From contig CAYODY010000001.1 in the NCBI GenBank assembly GCA_964402965.1, positions 72,002 to 136,001 on the forward strand: a stretch of DNA of 64,000 nucleotides, in the 5' to 3' direction. The translations under genes were made by a program, and so were the position numbers. Below the pieces are notes generated by a model. That model saw nothing but the letters and a program-made list of their open reading frames with translations. It did not search any database and was not told the origin of the DNA. The stretch comes from an uncultured Candidatus Saccharibacteria bacterium (GTDB taxonomy: Bacteria; Patescibacteriota; Doudnabacteria; UBA920). This document shows positions 9,643-20,373 of this stretch, one piece after another. The first letter of the stretch is position 1. Each line of letters opens with the position of its first letter.

Positions 9643-9755
9643 TTTTTTATAATTTTCCGCTTGATTTTAGTAACGAAGCTAGGGTTTTCCTTAGGAAATT
9701 TCCTATTTTGGCCAAAATTTCAAGCTTTTTTAAAACCCGCAACGGGGTTTCCCCT

Positions 9756-9785
9756 ATTATACTATGTTTTTTGTTAGAAAGTCAA
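9756..9785 (-). promoter_or_regulatory. Sigma70-type promoter for secE-nusG-rplK
   Basis: TTGACT, 18 nt spacer, TATAAT on the minus strand. Confidence 0.6.
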
Positions 9786-9789
9786 ATAT

Positions 9790-9816
9790 AAAAGGCCTGT
9801 AAGATTCAGGCCCTTT
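9790..9816 (-). terminator. Intrinsic terminator after gyrB
   Basis: GGCCTG...CAGGCC hairpin followed by a T-tract on the minus strand. Confidence 0.65.
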
Positions 9817-9819
9817 ATA

Positions 9820-11973
<2,154 letters not shown>

Positions 11974-12046
11974 TTAGCCAAATCTTTGGCTAAATACCTA
12001 AGTAAATTATAGCATATTAGGTTAAGTTTTTCCACAGTAAAAACAA

Positions 12047-12077
12047 CAAAAAACCCGCTTATACAAGCGAGTTTTTT
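12047..12077 (-). terminator. Intrinsic terminator after the PheRS gene
   Basis: AAAAAACCCGCTT...AAGCGAGTTTTTT hairpin. Confidence 0.65.
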
Positions 12078-12109
12078 AGTAAAAAGTATATCTATTTTTA
12101 GATAAGGAC

Positions 12110-13249
12110 CTATCGTAACTCTGCATCAAACTGTTTGGCAGTTTGGCTGTAAACCTCGGCTTGTAGAGGTTCAACTTCCTCGGCTTCTAGTGTGCGGTCT
12201 GGACTGCGGTATAGGACGCGGTAAGTGTAGCTTACGCGGTCTGCACCAAATTTCTCTGCGTTTTCGTATTTATCCATAAGCTGAACTTCTTCTACAAGGT
12301 CACCACCTATGTCGCGAATTAAGTCGAAGTAATTGTTAGGTTCAAAAGTATTTTTTACAATGAATGAAATGTCACGAATTATTGGAGGGTATTTGCTAAC
12401 TGCTTCAAATTTTTGCCCAAGATGTAATTGCTTCTTCACGCGTTCATCTTCTGACCAAAGCAATCGAATGTCTGGAAGTTCCATTCCAATAATCGCAAGG
12501 CGTTCTAATCCAAAACCAAACGCCCAACCGTTGTACTGTTCTGGATCGACGTCTAATCTTTTTAGTACTTCTGGATTTACAAGTCCTGCACCAAGTACTT
12601 CTACCCATTGATCATCTTTATCTACTTCCATTTCCAATGAACTATGTGTGTATGGGAAAGTGTCGTCGTTGAAACGGTATTTTATGTCTGGACCAAATGC
12701 TGCTTTTACAACATTTGCCAAAACTTCTTTTAAGTCGTCTTGAGTAATTGTGCGTTCGCTAGTTGGGTGCAAATACAGTCCATCCATTTGATGAAAAATA
12801 TTCATATGGTTTCGGTCAATTTCGTCTTTACGATAGACTTTTCCGTAAGACAAAACACCTAGTGGTTTATTGTCTGCAATTTTTGCACGTATTTCTGGTT
12901 GTTGAAAATAGTAGTACCACATAACTGTTGTGTGTGTACGCAAAATATTTTCTTCGTCAACGTAGTAAGTATCACTTTTTGAACGAGCAGGATGTTCGGG
13001 TGGGAAGTTAAATAAATCGAAGCTTGCACTCGCTGGAACTATTTCTGGAATGTCTATAATGTCGAAATCCTTAAACTGTTCAAGCCCAACAATATTATTC
13101 ACAAGTTCGCGAATTGGACCATCTTCCCTGCGGGAAAGGTCGGCCATATTTAAATAGCGCTTGATGCGCTCTGCTTCGCTGTCTGTGCGTTTGGCTAATT
13201 CAATTTTTAAACGATCTTCTGTATCTGAAGGTATACTTAATCTACTCAT
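12110..13249 (-). CDS. pheS: Single-chain (mitochondrial-type) phenylalanyl-tRNA synthetase: PheS catalytic core fused to a C-terminal FDX-ACB anticodon-binding domain
   Basis: HPARSKSDTYY, LRTHTT, YRKDEID..H..IFHQMDG, FPYT, GWAFGFGLERLA, then SKYPPIIRDISF...YRSPDRTL (PheT B8-like). Confidence 0.92.
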   Translation of the reverse strand: MSRLSIPSDTEDRLKIELAKRTDSEAERIKRYLNMADLSRREDGPIRELVNNIVGLEQFKDFDIIDIPEIVPASASFDLFNFPPEHPARSKSDTYYVDEENILRTHTTVMWYYYFQQPEIRAKIADNKPLGVLSYGKVYRKDEIDRNHMNIFHQMDGLYLHPTSERTITQDDLKEVLANVVKAAFGPDIKYRFNDDTFPYTHSSLEMEVDKDDQWVEVLGAGLVNPEVLKRLDVDPEQYNGWAFGFGLERLAIIGMELPDIRLLWSEDERVKKQLHLGQKFEAVSKYPPIIRDISFIVKNTFEPNNYFDLIRDIGGDLVEEVQLMDKYENAEKFGADRVSYTYRVLYRSPDRTLEAEEVEPLQAEVYSQTAKQFDAELR

Positions 13250-13281
13250 ATAAAGTTAAATTCGTGCTTAATAAACTGCTA

Positions 13282-13728
13282 TTACTGCAAAATAGTACCA
13301 ATTTCTGTAGATTCTGGCAAGATCATTATTTCTGGTTTGTCGCCTATTTCTTCTGATTTGCCCAGTTCAAATGCGGCGCAGATCATTCCTTGGCTTTCTA
13401 TACCTCGAATCTTTGCTGTACCAAGAACGAAACTTTCATGCTCTTCTGAGTGTATATTGTGTGCGATAGTTGCTCCTGGAAGTGCTAATGCTACTATTGC
13501 ACCTTCCTCAAAGTTAAATGCTCCGCAAACTACTGGACCAATTTCTCGCGTGCCATCTGTTAAAGTAATAACTCGCAGACGGTCGGCGTTTGGATGCTTC
13601 TCAACTTTAGTTACTCGAGCCGCAATTACAGCTCCACTAGTGGGAGGTGTTTTGTTTGTAGAAGGAGTCGTTGTATTTACTGAATTTGTTGGTTTGTTTC
13701 CAAACAACTTTTTAAAAATATTTAACAT
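13282..13728 (-). CDS. Stand-alone tRNA-binding OB-fold protein (PheT B2/YtpR/Trbp111-like)
   Basis: VEKHPNADRL, VVCGAFN, VALALPGA, KIRGIESQGMICAAFELG. Confidence 0.88.
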   Translation of the reverse strand: MLNIFKKLFGNKPTNSVNTTTPSTNKTPPTSGAVIAARVTKVEKHPNADRLRVITLTDGTREIGPVVCGAFNFEEGAIVALALPGATIAHNIHSEEHESFVLGTAKIRGIESQGMICAAFELGKSEEIGDKPEIMILPESTEIGTILQ

Positions 13729-13747
13729 TGATTTCTAAATTAAGTTT

Positions 13748-15139
13748 CTAGTAGTACTTACACTCTTTTTCGTTACACATGTATCCTTTTTTCCCTGCTG
13801 GAGGATTTTGTAATACAGCTTTGATTGTAAATGTTTCAAAGAATTGACCTACTTCGTATTGGTAAATCATCCCATTTGGGTCTAACGGCACATCTGTAAT
13901 GTAACGTGGAATTAATGCACTTGGGAATTGGTCGTTAGTTGGGAATACATTTGTTTGTTGACTGTTAGAGTCTATATTCGCAGTTGAATAAATTAGTAAC
14001 GCACTTTTAATGCTTTCTAAGTCTGTTATTCTTTGTTGATCGTTAACTGCTGCTTCGTCTTTTTTAGCATCGTCTTCAGCATTCTTGCTAGTGTATTTGA
14101 TTAATTGATTTTGAGTTTCGCTGTAATATGCCAAAGTAAAATCTACCCCGTTTGGAGAAACTTCATAGCTATAAACATAGCGCTCTTTGTTGATTGGGTC
14201 GTTGTAATTTGTAGCGACGGTGTTGTATGAGCCAATTAGGTCGCTCATTGTTACGAAGTCTTTGCTGGTTGGAAAAGCTTTTTTGTCAGCTTTATATTTC
14301 AAAAGTGCTGCACCGACTTTTTTAATTGTAGTTTGGCGTTGGCTGTCTCTGTCTAGTTTAGCTTGAGGAGACATATCTAAATTTAAACTTGCAAGGGAGT
14401 CTGCGTCTGGATCTGTAAAATCGTAAAGCTCCATTGCGGCAGGACCAATTGTTGTAAGAGTTGGTTGATGTAATCCAAATCCTTTCACTTTTTCTTTTAG
14501 GGCAATAATTTGTTCTGGAGAATATGGGATATTTGTTTTAATATCATAACCACCTTTTACAAAATCTGAATCGGTATATTCCCCATCTCGGAAAGTACGG
14601 GAAAGCAGTGGGTCTGTTTCGAAAATATGAACTTCGTCGCCATCTGCAACGCCGTCGCTGTCGCTATCTGGATTATTTGGATCTGTTCCAGTATCAAACT
14701 CTTCTTTGTTTGCCAGTCCATCATGGTCTGGGTCGGATTTGTCAGCACAGGTGGTTTTAATGGTACAAGTTTCAGAGCCAAAATACCTTGCTAGCCACTC
14801 TGCAGGGGTTGTGACATCTGGGTCAGTAACTGGAGCAATAGGTGTTTCTACTGTTGGAGTTTCAATCGGTTCTGATTTTTTGTTGAGTAGAAAGAACCAC
14901 ACGCCTGCTCCAATTGCGGCAAGAAGAATCACAACAGCAGGGATCCATACAAATTTGTTTCTAAAAATTTTAAACACGCTACTTTTTGAATCCATGGTTA
15001 TGGAACTTCCGCGAGTCTCTGCACTACTAAAAACAGTTTCTGACTTAGAAGCATTAACTTTGCGCGAAACAGGAGCTTTATTGCCTGTTACTTCTGGCAT
15101 AACGTTGTAGAAAGTAGAAGGTTGTTTTTCGTCAGACAT
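13748..15139 (-). CDS. Membrane-anchored surface protein with DxDxDG Ca-binding repeats and two pilin/pseudopilin-like domains
   Basis: TM helix at about aa 64-85; DPDHDGL and DSDSDGV repeats; RDSQRQTTIKKVGAALLKY and NDQQRITDLESIKSALLIY. Confidence 0.75.
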   Translation of the reverse strand: MSDEKQPSTFYNVMPEVTGNKAPVSRKVNASKSETVFSSAETRGSSITMDSKSSVFKIFRNKFVWIPAVVILLAAIGAGVWFFLLNKKSEPIETPTVETPIAPVTDPDVTTPAEWLARYFGSETCTIKTTCADKSDPDHDGLANKEEFDTGTDPNNPDSDSDGVADGDEVHIFETDPLLSRTFRDGEYTDSDFVKGGYDIKTNIPYSPEQIIALKEKVKGFGLHQPTLTTIGPAAMELYDFTDPDADSLASLNLDMSPQAKLDRDSQRQTTIKKVGAALLKYKADKKAFPTSKDFVTMSDLIGSYNTVATNYNDPINKERYVYSYEVSPNGVDFTLAYYSETQNQLIKYTSKNAEDDAKKDEAAVNDQQRITDLESIKSALLIYSTANIDSNSQQTNVFPTNDQFPSALIPRYITDVPLDPNGMIYQYEVGQFFETFTIKAVLQNPPAGKKGYMCNEKECKYY

Positions 15140-15155
15140 TTATTTTGATGTTGAG

Positions 15156-15530
15156 CTAAGCGTTTAAAAATATTTCAAGAGTGATTATGAAAAGTATGAG
15201 TGTTAGTCCAACCCACCAGAATAGTAGGCTTGCTGATTGGAGGATTAACAACCCAGAAATTAAAAGTGCGAGAAGGATTGCTTGTCTTGCAGAAGTCCTA
15301 AGGTGTTCTGTAAACATCCCTGGAGTGAATCTTTTCCTCAAGAGAGTTCCTAGTAGTGTAATTATTCCTATCAAACTTAGTGAAAGGGTGATATAAAAAC
15401 TAAATTGTCCTACAAGTCCTGCTGTATTCGGATCTATAAACCACAATACAGAGCCAAATGCGGCAACAAACAGAATCGTTCCCAATAGAATCGGGATTAA
15501 GTAGGTTCGTGTGGTGTTGTGGATCTGCAA
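15156..15530 (-). CDS. Hypothetical 4-TM membrane protein
   Basis: Hydrophobic helices, SARQAILL motif; start codon uncertain. Confidence 0.75.
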   Translation of the reverse strand: MQIHNTTRTYLIPILLGTILFVAAFGSVLWFIDPNTAGLVGQFSFYITLSLSLIGIITLLGTLLRKRFTPGMFTEHLRTSARQAILLALLISGLLILQSASLLFWWVGLTLILFIITLEIFLNA

Positions 15531-15641
15531 CTTAGATGAGCTTAATTTAATTAAACAGATCAGGAAAGCTGATCAGGCTGAATTACACTGCTGAATTACA
15601 TTATAGAGTGGTTTAATTATACCACATTCAGCTCGGTTCTC

Positions 15642-16271
15642 CTACTTTTTGAAGAGTTTGCGGATCTCTGAGAATATAACTGCTCTAAGTTCAGGACTAG
15701 TTGCGAATTTATACAAGTATGGGGAAATCGAAAGAAGGATGATTAAGGCAACACCTGGAAGAATATACATATCAACATTAGGTATGACTCTTCCAAGATA
15801 GTATCCTAGTACTGTTAATCCTGTAGACCATAGCAAGCTTCCCACAATGCTATAAGTTAGGAATGTGCTGTATTTCATATTCCCTACCCCCGCGAGAGTT
15901 GGTGTGAAAGTTCTAACAATCGGCACGAATCTCGCTAGAATAATTGTCTTCGGACCATGGAGTTTAAAAAATGCATTTGCTTTTTCTAAATGAGATTTGT
16001 GAAAGAAAAAAGATTCTTCTTTTTTGAAAATCTTTGGTCCAAGTTTTTTGCCAATATAGTAACCTGTGTTATCTCCTGCAAAAACGACAATAAAGAGACC
16101 AATAATTATTACCCATATATTTAAAACACCTTGGGAAGCTAGAATTCCAGCAGTAAATAATAGGCTATCGCCTGGTAAGAAAAATCCAAAAAGAAGACCA
16201 GTCTCTGCGAAGACAATCCCGAACAATCCAAGATATCCAACAGTTTTTAAAAGGGTTACTAAATCAAACAT
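15642..16271 (-). CDS. DedA/VTT family membrane protein
   Basis: FAETGLLFGFFLPGDSLLFTAG, ARFVPIVRTF. Confidence 0.93.
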   Translation of the reverse strand: MFDLVTLLKTVGYLGLFGIVFAETGLLFGFFLPGDSLLFTAGILASQGVLNIWVIIIGLFIVVFAGDNTGYYIGKKLGPKIFKKEESFFFHKSHLEKANAFFKLHGPKTIILARFVPIVRTFTPTLAGVGNMKYSTFLTYSIVGSLLWSTGLTVLGYYLGRVIPNVDMYILPGVALIILLSISPYLYKFATSPELRAVIFSEIRKLFKK

Positions 16272-16303
16272 AAGTTATAGTTAATTGTTTATTTGCTTAA
16301 ATA

Positions 16304-19282
16304 TTATAGCAGATCCGGATGGCTACAATTGTGTCTTTTGCTTTTTTTGTGAAGTTCTGCGAATTTGTCGTACTTCACTGCATCCCTAATTTCTTCAATA
16401 GTTTTGAGAATTTTTTCTTTAAGCAAAGTTAGTTCATCTGGCGCAGCTTTTGGTACTGTGACTGTTTCATTTGGATAAACATACCAATACTGCAAATTCT
16501 CTACTTCCATATTTAAATATTCCTCACAGGCCCATTGGTAAATACGCAACTGATCCACCCCTTCACTATCAGTTTTAGTTGGAACTTTTTCAGAAGTTTT
16601 ATAATCAATAATTTGCAGGCTTGTAGTTTCTGTACCATCCTCTTGTGTAATAACAATACCAGAATCTGCTCTGTCAATCTTACCGTTAAAGGTGTACTGG
16701 TTTTTATCGCCTAGTTTTAGTGAGAAAGCTTTTTCGATTAATACAGGACTAACTGGTTTGCCCGATTTTTTCTTTTCCAGAGTTGTAGAATAGAAAGTTT
16801 TAAGAATTTGTAGACCTCGTTGTCTGTATGTTTCTTTTTGTTCTGGGCTTTCATACCAGTCGTCAATCCATTCCTTTTCGAATAATTCAAAAAGTAATTC
16901 TTCTGGAGGAAGTTCTACTTCAGTTTCTTTGGTAAACAAATCTTGCTGAGGCATGGAAAAACTGTGTTGGTAAGCTTCCATGTATTTCTGTAAGACATTG
17001 TGAATTGTTGAACCAAAACTTAAGTGATGATTTCCTGGTAATGGAAGCTTTAGATAGTAGCGGTACTTGTATTCAAGTGGGCATTGTACAAACTGAGAAA
17101 TTTGACTGAAAGAAAAATTTTCTGGTAGCTGTTTGTAAATAACTTTTTTAGACTTTGATTTGTTCGGAGTAAAGACTACTTTCCCTGTAGCTTTGTGTAC
17201 TGTATCGCTTGGGATTAAGTTAGTTTCGTTCAAAAATATTGATGGTTTTTTGTATTTTGCACCACCGTAATCTGTTGCCCAACTTAGATACAAATGAGTC
17301 TTGGCGCGAGTTACTGCAACGTAAAATAGACGGCGCTCCTCTTGTAAATGGAAATCTCCTTCCGGGAGAATGTCTTTTACTAATGCTTCTGGTAGTTCAA
17401 TTGCATCGCGCTTTGCACGAGTTGGGAATCGTTGGTCAACCATATTAATCAGAAAAGCGAATTTGAACTCCAATCCTTTTGAGCTGTGAATTGTCATGAC
17501 CTTTAAACTTTCAGGTCCTGAGTTTGGATCAAACTTAATAGTTCCATCTTCCCCTGCTTTGAACTCTAAGTTAAGTTCATTCAGAAAACCTCGCATAGTT
17601 CGGTCTTCTGCAGTTTGTACATATGCTTCAATTTTCTTATAGAACTGCTCAAGCAGTTCCCTATTTTGAACATTCTCAAGTGTTTCAACAGCGAGTATAG
17701 CATCTATAGAAAGATCTTCTACCAATTCAACAAAAAGTTCTACTGCAGATTTTTCTGTAGAGAGCTGGGTGTGTTTTGTTAAAAGTTCTAATAGAGTTCT
17801 AATTTTTAGTTTTGAATCCTCTGAAAGAACTGAAAGGGCTTCTTCGCTGTGCAGTGCTTCATATAGCGATATCGTTTTTCTGTTTGTAAACTGAGTTAAG
17901 TGCGCTACATCTAGTGCGTCTAATTGGAACTTTGGGAAATTCAAAACTCTGTAAAGCGCGCTGGATTCATGAAAATTTTTGAGTAATTTTAAATAATTTA
18001 TAATGTCGGAAATTAAAGGTTTCTTGTACAAACCTTTGTTGGCTACAAAACTATATGGAACTTGTTTGGCCTCAAGTATAGGTATAATTTCAGTTGCGGC
18101 GGAATTGGATCTAGTTAAAATACAAAAATCATTCCACGAAGTTTCTGGGAATCTCTCTTTTAATTCTATTGCCTTTGTAACTACTAGGTTTAATTCTTCA
18201 CTTAAGTCTTTTCCTTCAAGAACTTGAATTTCTGTTTCGGATTTTTCGTGTCCTTTTAGGCGCTTGTCTATTTTCAGTTTTGTTTCTAAACGATTCGGGT
18301 TATTTCCCTGAATGAAATTGTATGCTAAATCCAAAATTTTCTGAGTACTACGGTAGTTGTCTATTAAAGTTAAGCTTTGAATTGTTGGGTAATCTTCTTT
18401 TATTTTCAAAATATTAGATACTGATGCACCTCTAAACTTGTAAATAGATTGATCGTCATCGCCTACAACCACTAAGTTTTGTTCTGTGCCTGCTAACAAA
18501 CGGATGAGTTCGTATTGGGCGACGTTGGTATCTTGAAATTCATCTACCATTAAAAACCTAAATTGCTTTTGGTAGTATTTGAGTAAATTTGGACGTTTCT
18601 TGAAAAGTTGAATTGTGTAGTGAATTAGATCTCCGAAATCTAAGTACCCGTTGTCTAGCAGTAGTTGCTGATATGTTTTGTATGCATTGGCAAGTTCTTC
18701 AAGACGTTTTTGCTCTACAACCAAATCTTCATCTGGACCAATAGGAAGTTGATTCGCACCGTTTTCTGCTTTGAGTTTTTCAGCGTAAGCAATGTATTCG
18801 TCCGGAGTTATGAGTTCGTCTTTGCACTTAGAAAAATGATCCAAAAGTGCGTCTATGAATTTGTTTGGACTACCAAGTGGTTTGTAGTAGTCTAGTTTGA
18901 ATTCGTTGAAGTTTTTGTAAATAAAAATCCACTGACGAGTTGAGTCCAGAAGTTCGAAGTCGTTAGATAAGCCAATGTCTATACCATGCTGTTTAATAAT
19001 TCTTTCGCAAAAACTATGGAAAGTTGAAATCCAAAAATCATGGACTCCTAATGGTACAAGCATGTCTACTCTTTCTTCCATTTCGCTTGCAGCTTTGTCT
19101 GTAAAAGTAAGAGCTAGAATTTGGTCTGGTTTAGCCAGTTTCTGGTCTATTAGGTAAGCAATTCGACGAGTAATTACGGTAGTCTTCCCTGTTCCAGCAC
19201 CAGCAACAATTAAAAGAGGCCCATTTGTGTGGGTCACAGCTTTTAATTGTTCAGTGTTTAAATTTTCTAAAAGATTTGGCAT
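16304..19282 (-). CDS. UvrD/PcrA-family SF1 helicase fused to a C-terminal RecB-like PD-(D/E)XK nuclease
   Basis: AGAGTGKT, VDEFQD, GDDDQSIYKFRGA, TIHSSKGLEF, EERRLFYVAVTRAK; C-terminal GKIDR...IIDYKT...QLRIY. Confidence 0.92.
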   Translation of the reverse strand: MPNLLENLNTEQLKAVTHTNGPLLIVAGAGTGKTTVITRRIAYLIDQKLAKPDQILALTFTDKAASEMEERVDMLVPLGVHDFWISTFHSFCERIIKQHGIDIGLSNDFELLDSTRQWIFIYKNFNEFKLDYYKPLGSPNKFIDALLDHFSKCKDELITPDEYIAYAEKLKAENGANQLPIGPDEDLVVEQKRLEELANAYKTYQQLLLDNGYLDFGDLIHYTIQLFKKRPNLLKYYQKQFRFLMVDEFQDTNVAQYELIRLLAGTEQNLVVVGDDDQSIYKFRGASVSNILKIKEDYPTIQSLTLIDNYRSTQKILDLAYNFIQGNNPNRLETKLKIDKRLKGHEKSETEIQVLEGKDLSEELNLVVTKAIELKERFPETSWNDFCILTRSNSAATEIIPILEAKQVPYSFVANKGLYKKPLISDIINYLKLLKNFHESSALYRVLNFPKFQLDALDVAHLTQFTNRKTISLYEALHSEEALSVLSEDSKLKIRTLLELLTKHTQLSTEKSAVELFVELVEDLSIDAILAVETLENVQNRELLEQFYKKIEAYVQTAEDRTMRGFLNELNLEFKAGEDGTIKFDPNSGPESLKVMTIHSSKGLEFKFAFLINMVDQRFPTRAKRDAIELPEALVKDILPEGDFHLQEERRLFYVAVTRAKTHLYLSWATDYGGAKYKKPSIFLNETNLIPSDTVHKATGKVVFTPNKSKSKKVIYKQLPENFSFSQISQFVQCPLEYKYRYYLKLPLPGNHHLSFGSTIHNVLQKYMEAYQHSFSMPQQDLFTKETEVELPPEELLFELFEKEWIDDWYESPEQKETYRQRGLQILKTFYSTTLEKKKSGKPVSPVLIEKAFSLKLGDKNQYTFNGKIDRADSGIVITQEDGTETTSLQIIDYKTSEKVPTKTDSEGVDQLRIYQWACEEYLNMEVENLQYWYVYPNETVTVPKAAPDELTLLKEKILKTIEEIRDAVKYDKFAELHKKSKRHNCSHPDLL

Positions 19283-19729
19283 CTATTCCTTTCCTGAGAA
19301 GAAACCTGCCCATTGTTTCCAAAGATCATTACCTTCATCTTTGTAACGAACCCAAAATTGAGACGGGTTCACAATTTGGACATTTTCGTATTTCTCGATA
19401 GAAAGTAAATCGTTGTCGCGCGTTACTAAATAGTCAGCACCTGCTTCAACCGCACTCTCTAAAATTTTATTGTCTTCTGGGTCGCGCACAATATTAATTT
19501 GACGTCGATTCACAACATGGTTTATTTGCGAAAGTAAATCATTGATTTCGTTTTCGTATTCTGGGTTTTCTACTAAACGACGCATAATTAACTTATTCTC
19601 TTGAATAGTTTGATGGTTTGCGTACGCTTCAATTTCCCCTGTCCTCACAGCGTCTATAATTTGTTTTTCGTAAGAGTAGTCGTCTTTAATTCCGTCTATT
19701 ATTACATTTGTATCTAAAACTATTTTCAT
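19283..19729 (-). CDS. PIN-domain protein (putative toxin/RNase)
   Basis: IVLDTNVII, RDPEDNKILESAVEAGADYLVTRDNDLL. Confidence 0.9.
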   Translation of the reverse strand: MKIVLDTNVIIDGIKDDYSYEKQIIDAVRTGEIEAYANHQTIQENKLIMRRLVENPEYENEINDLLSQINHVVNRRQINIVRDPEDNKILESAVEAGADYLVTRDNDLLSIEKYENVQIVNPSQFWVRYKDEGNDLWKQWAGFFSGKE

Positions 19730-19767
19730 TCTAATTTTTTCTATTGAAAGGTGCTCTTAGGTTTTGA

Positions 19768-20346
19768 TTAAGATCTGGCGTTTTTCCGTGCGGCGCGGGC
19801 TTGTGGTGTTCGACTGCTTGGGCGGGCGCCTGTACGACCACCTTTAATGGCCATCAGGAAACGACGAGGATCTTCATCTAAGTCTATGAAGTTATCTGTG
19901 AGCTCTTTAATCTTACTCGAAGTAGATTTTCCAAACGCAACGGTTTCAGTAAGTTGGCCTGTCATTTGTAGGTATTCTAGTAGAGGCGCGAAGTCGCCAT
20001 CGCCACTTGCTAAGACAACTACGTCGAGCTTGTTCATTTGCTTAATGATATCCATAGCAATGCCGACATCCCAATCGCCTTTTTGAGTTCCACCAGCAAA
20101 TGTTTGTAAATCTTTTGCTTTAACTTCGAAACCTGCTTTTTCAAGTGCGTCAAAAAAAGTTTGTTCTTCTGGCATATCTGCTTTTACAACATATGCAATG
20201 GCGCGGATTAAACGACGATTACCAAGAGCTTCGTGCAATACTTCGTTGAAGTTTACTCGAGAATTGTAAATGTTTCGCGCTGAGTAATATAGGTTTTGAA
20301 CATCAACAAATATTCCTACTCGCTGATCCGGGTTTCTTATAGACAT
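19768..20346 (-). CDS. NYN domain protein (LabA/DUF88)
   Basis: IFVDVQNLY, KGDWDVGIAMD, LASGDGDF. Confidence 0.92.
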   Translation of the reverse strand: MSIRNPDQRVGIFVDVQNLYYSARNIYNSRVNFNEVLHEALGNRRLIRAIAYVVKADMPEEQTFFDALEKAGFEVKAKDLQTFAGGTQKGDWDVGIAMDIIKQMNKLDVVVLASGDGDFAPLLEYLQMTGQLTETVAFGKSTSSKIKELTDNFIDLDEDPRRFLMAIKGGRTGARPSSRTPQARAARKNARS

Positions 20347-20373
20347 AAAAAATAGTTAAAAAATTAGATAAGG

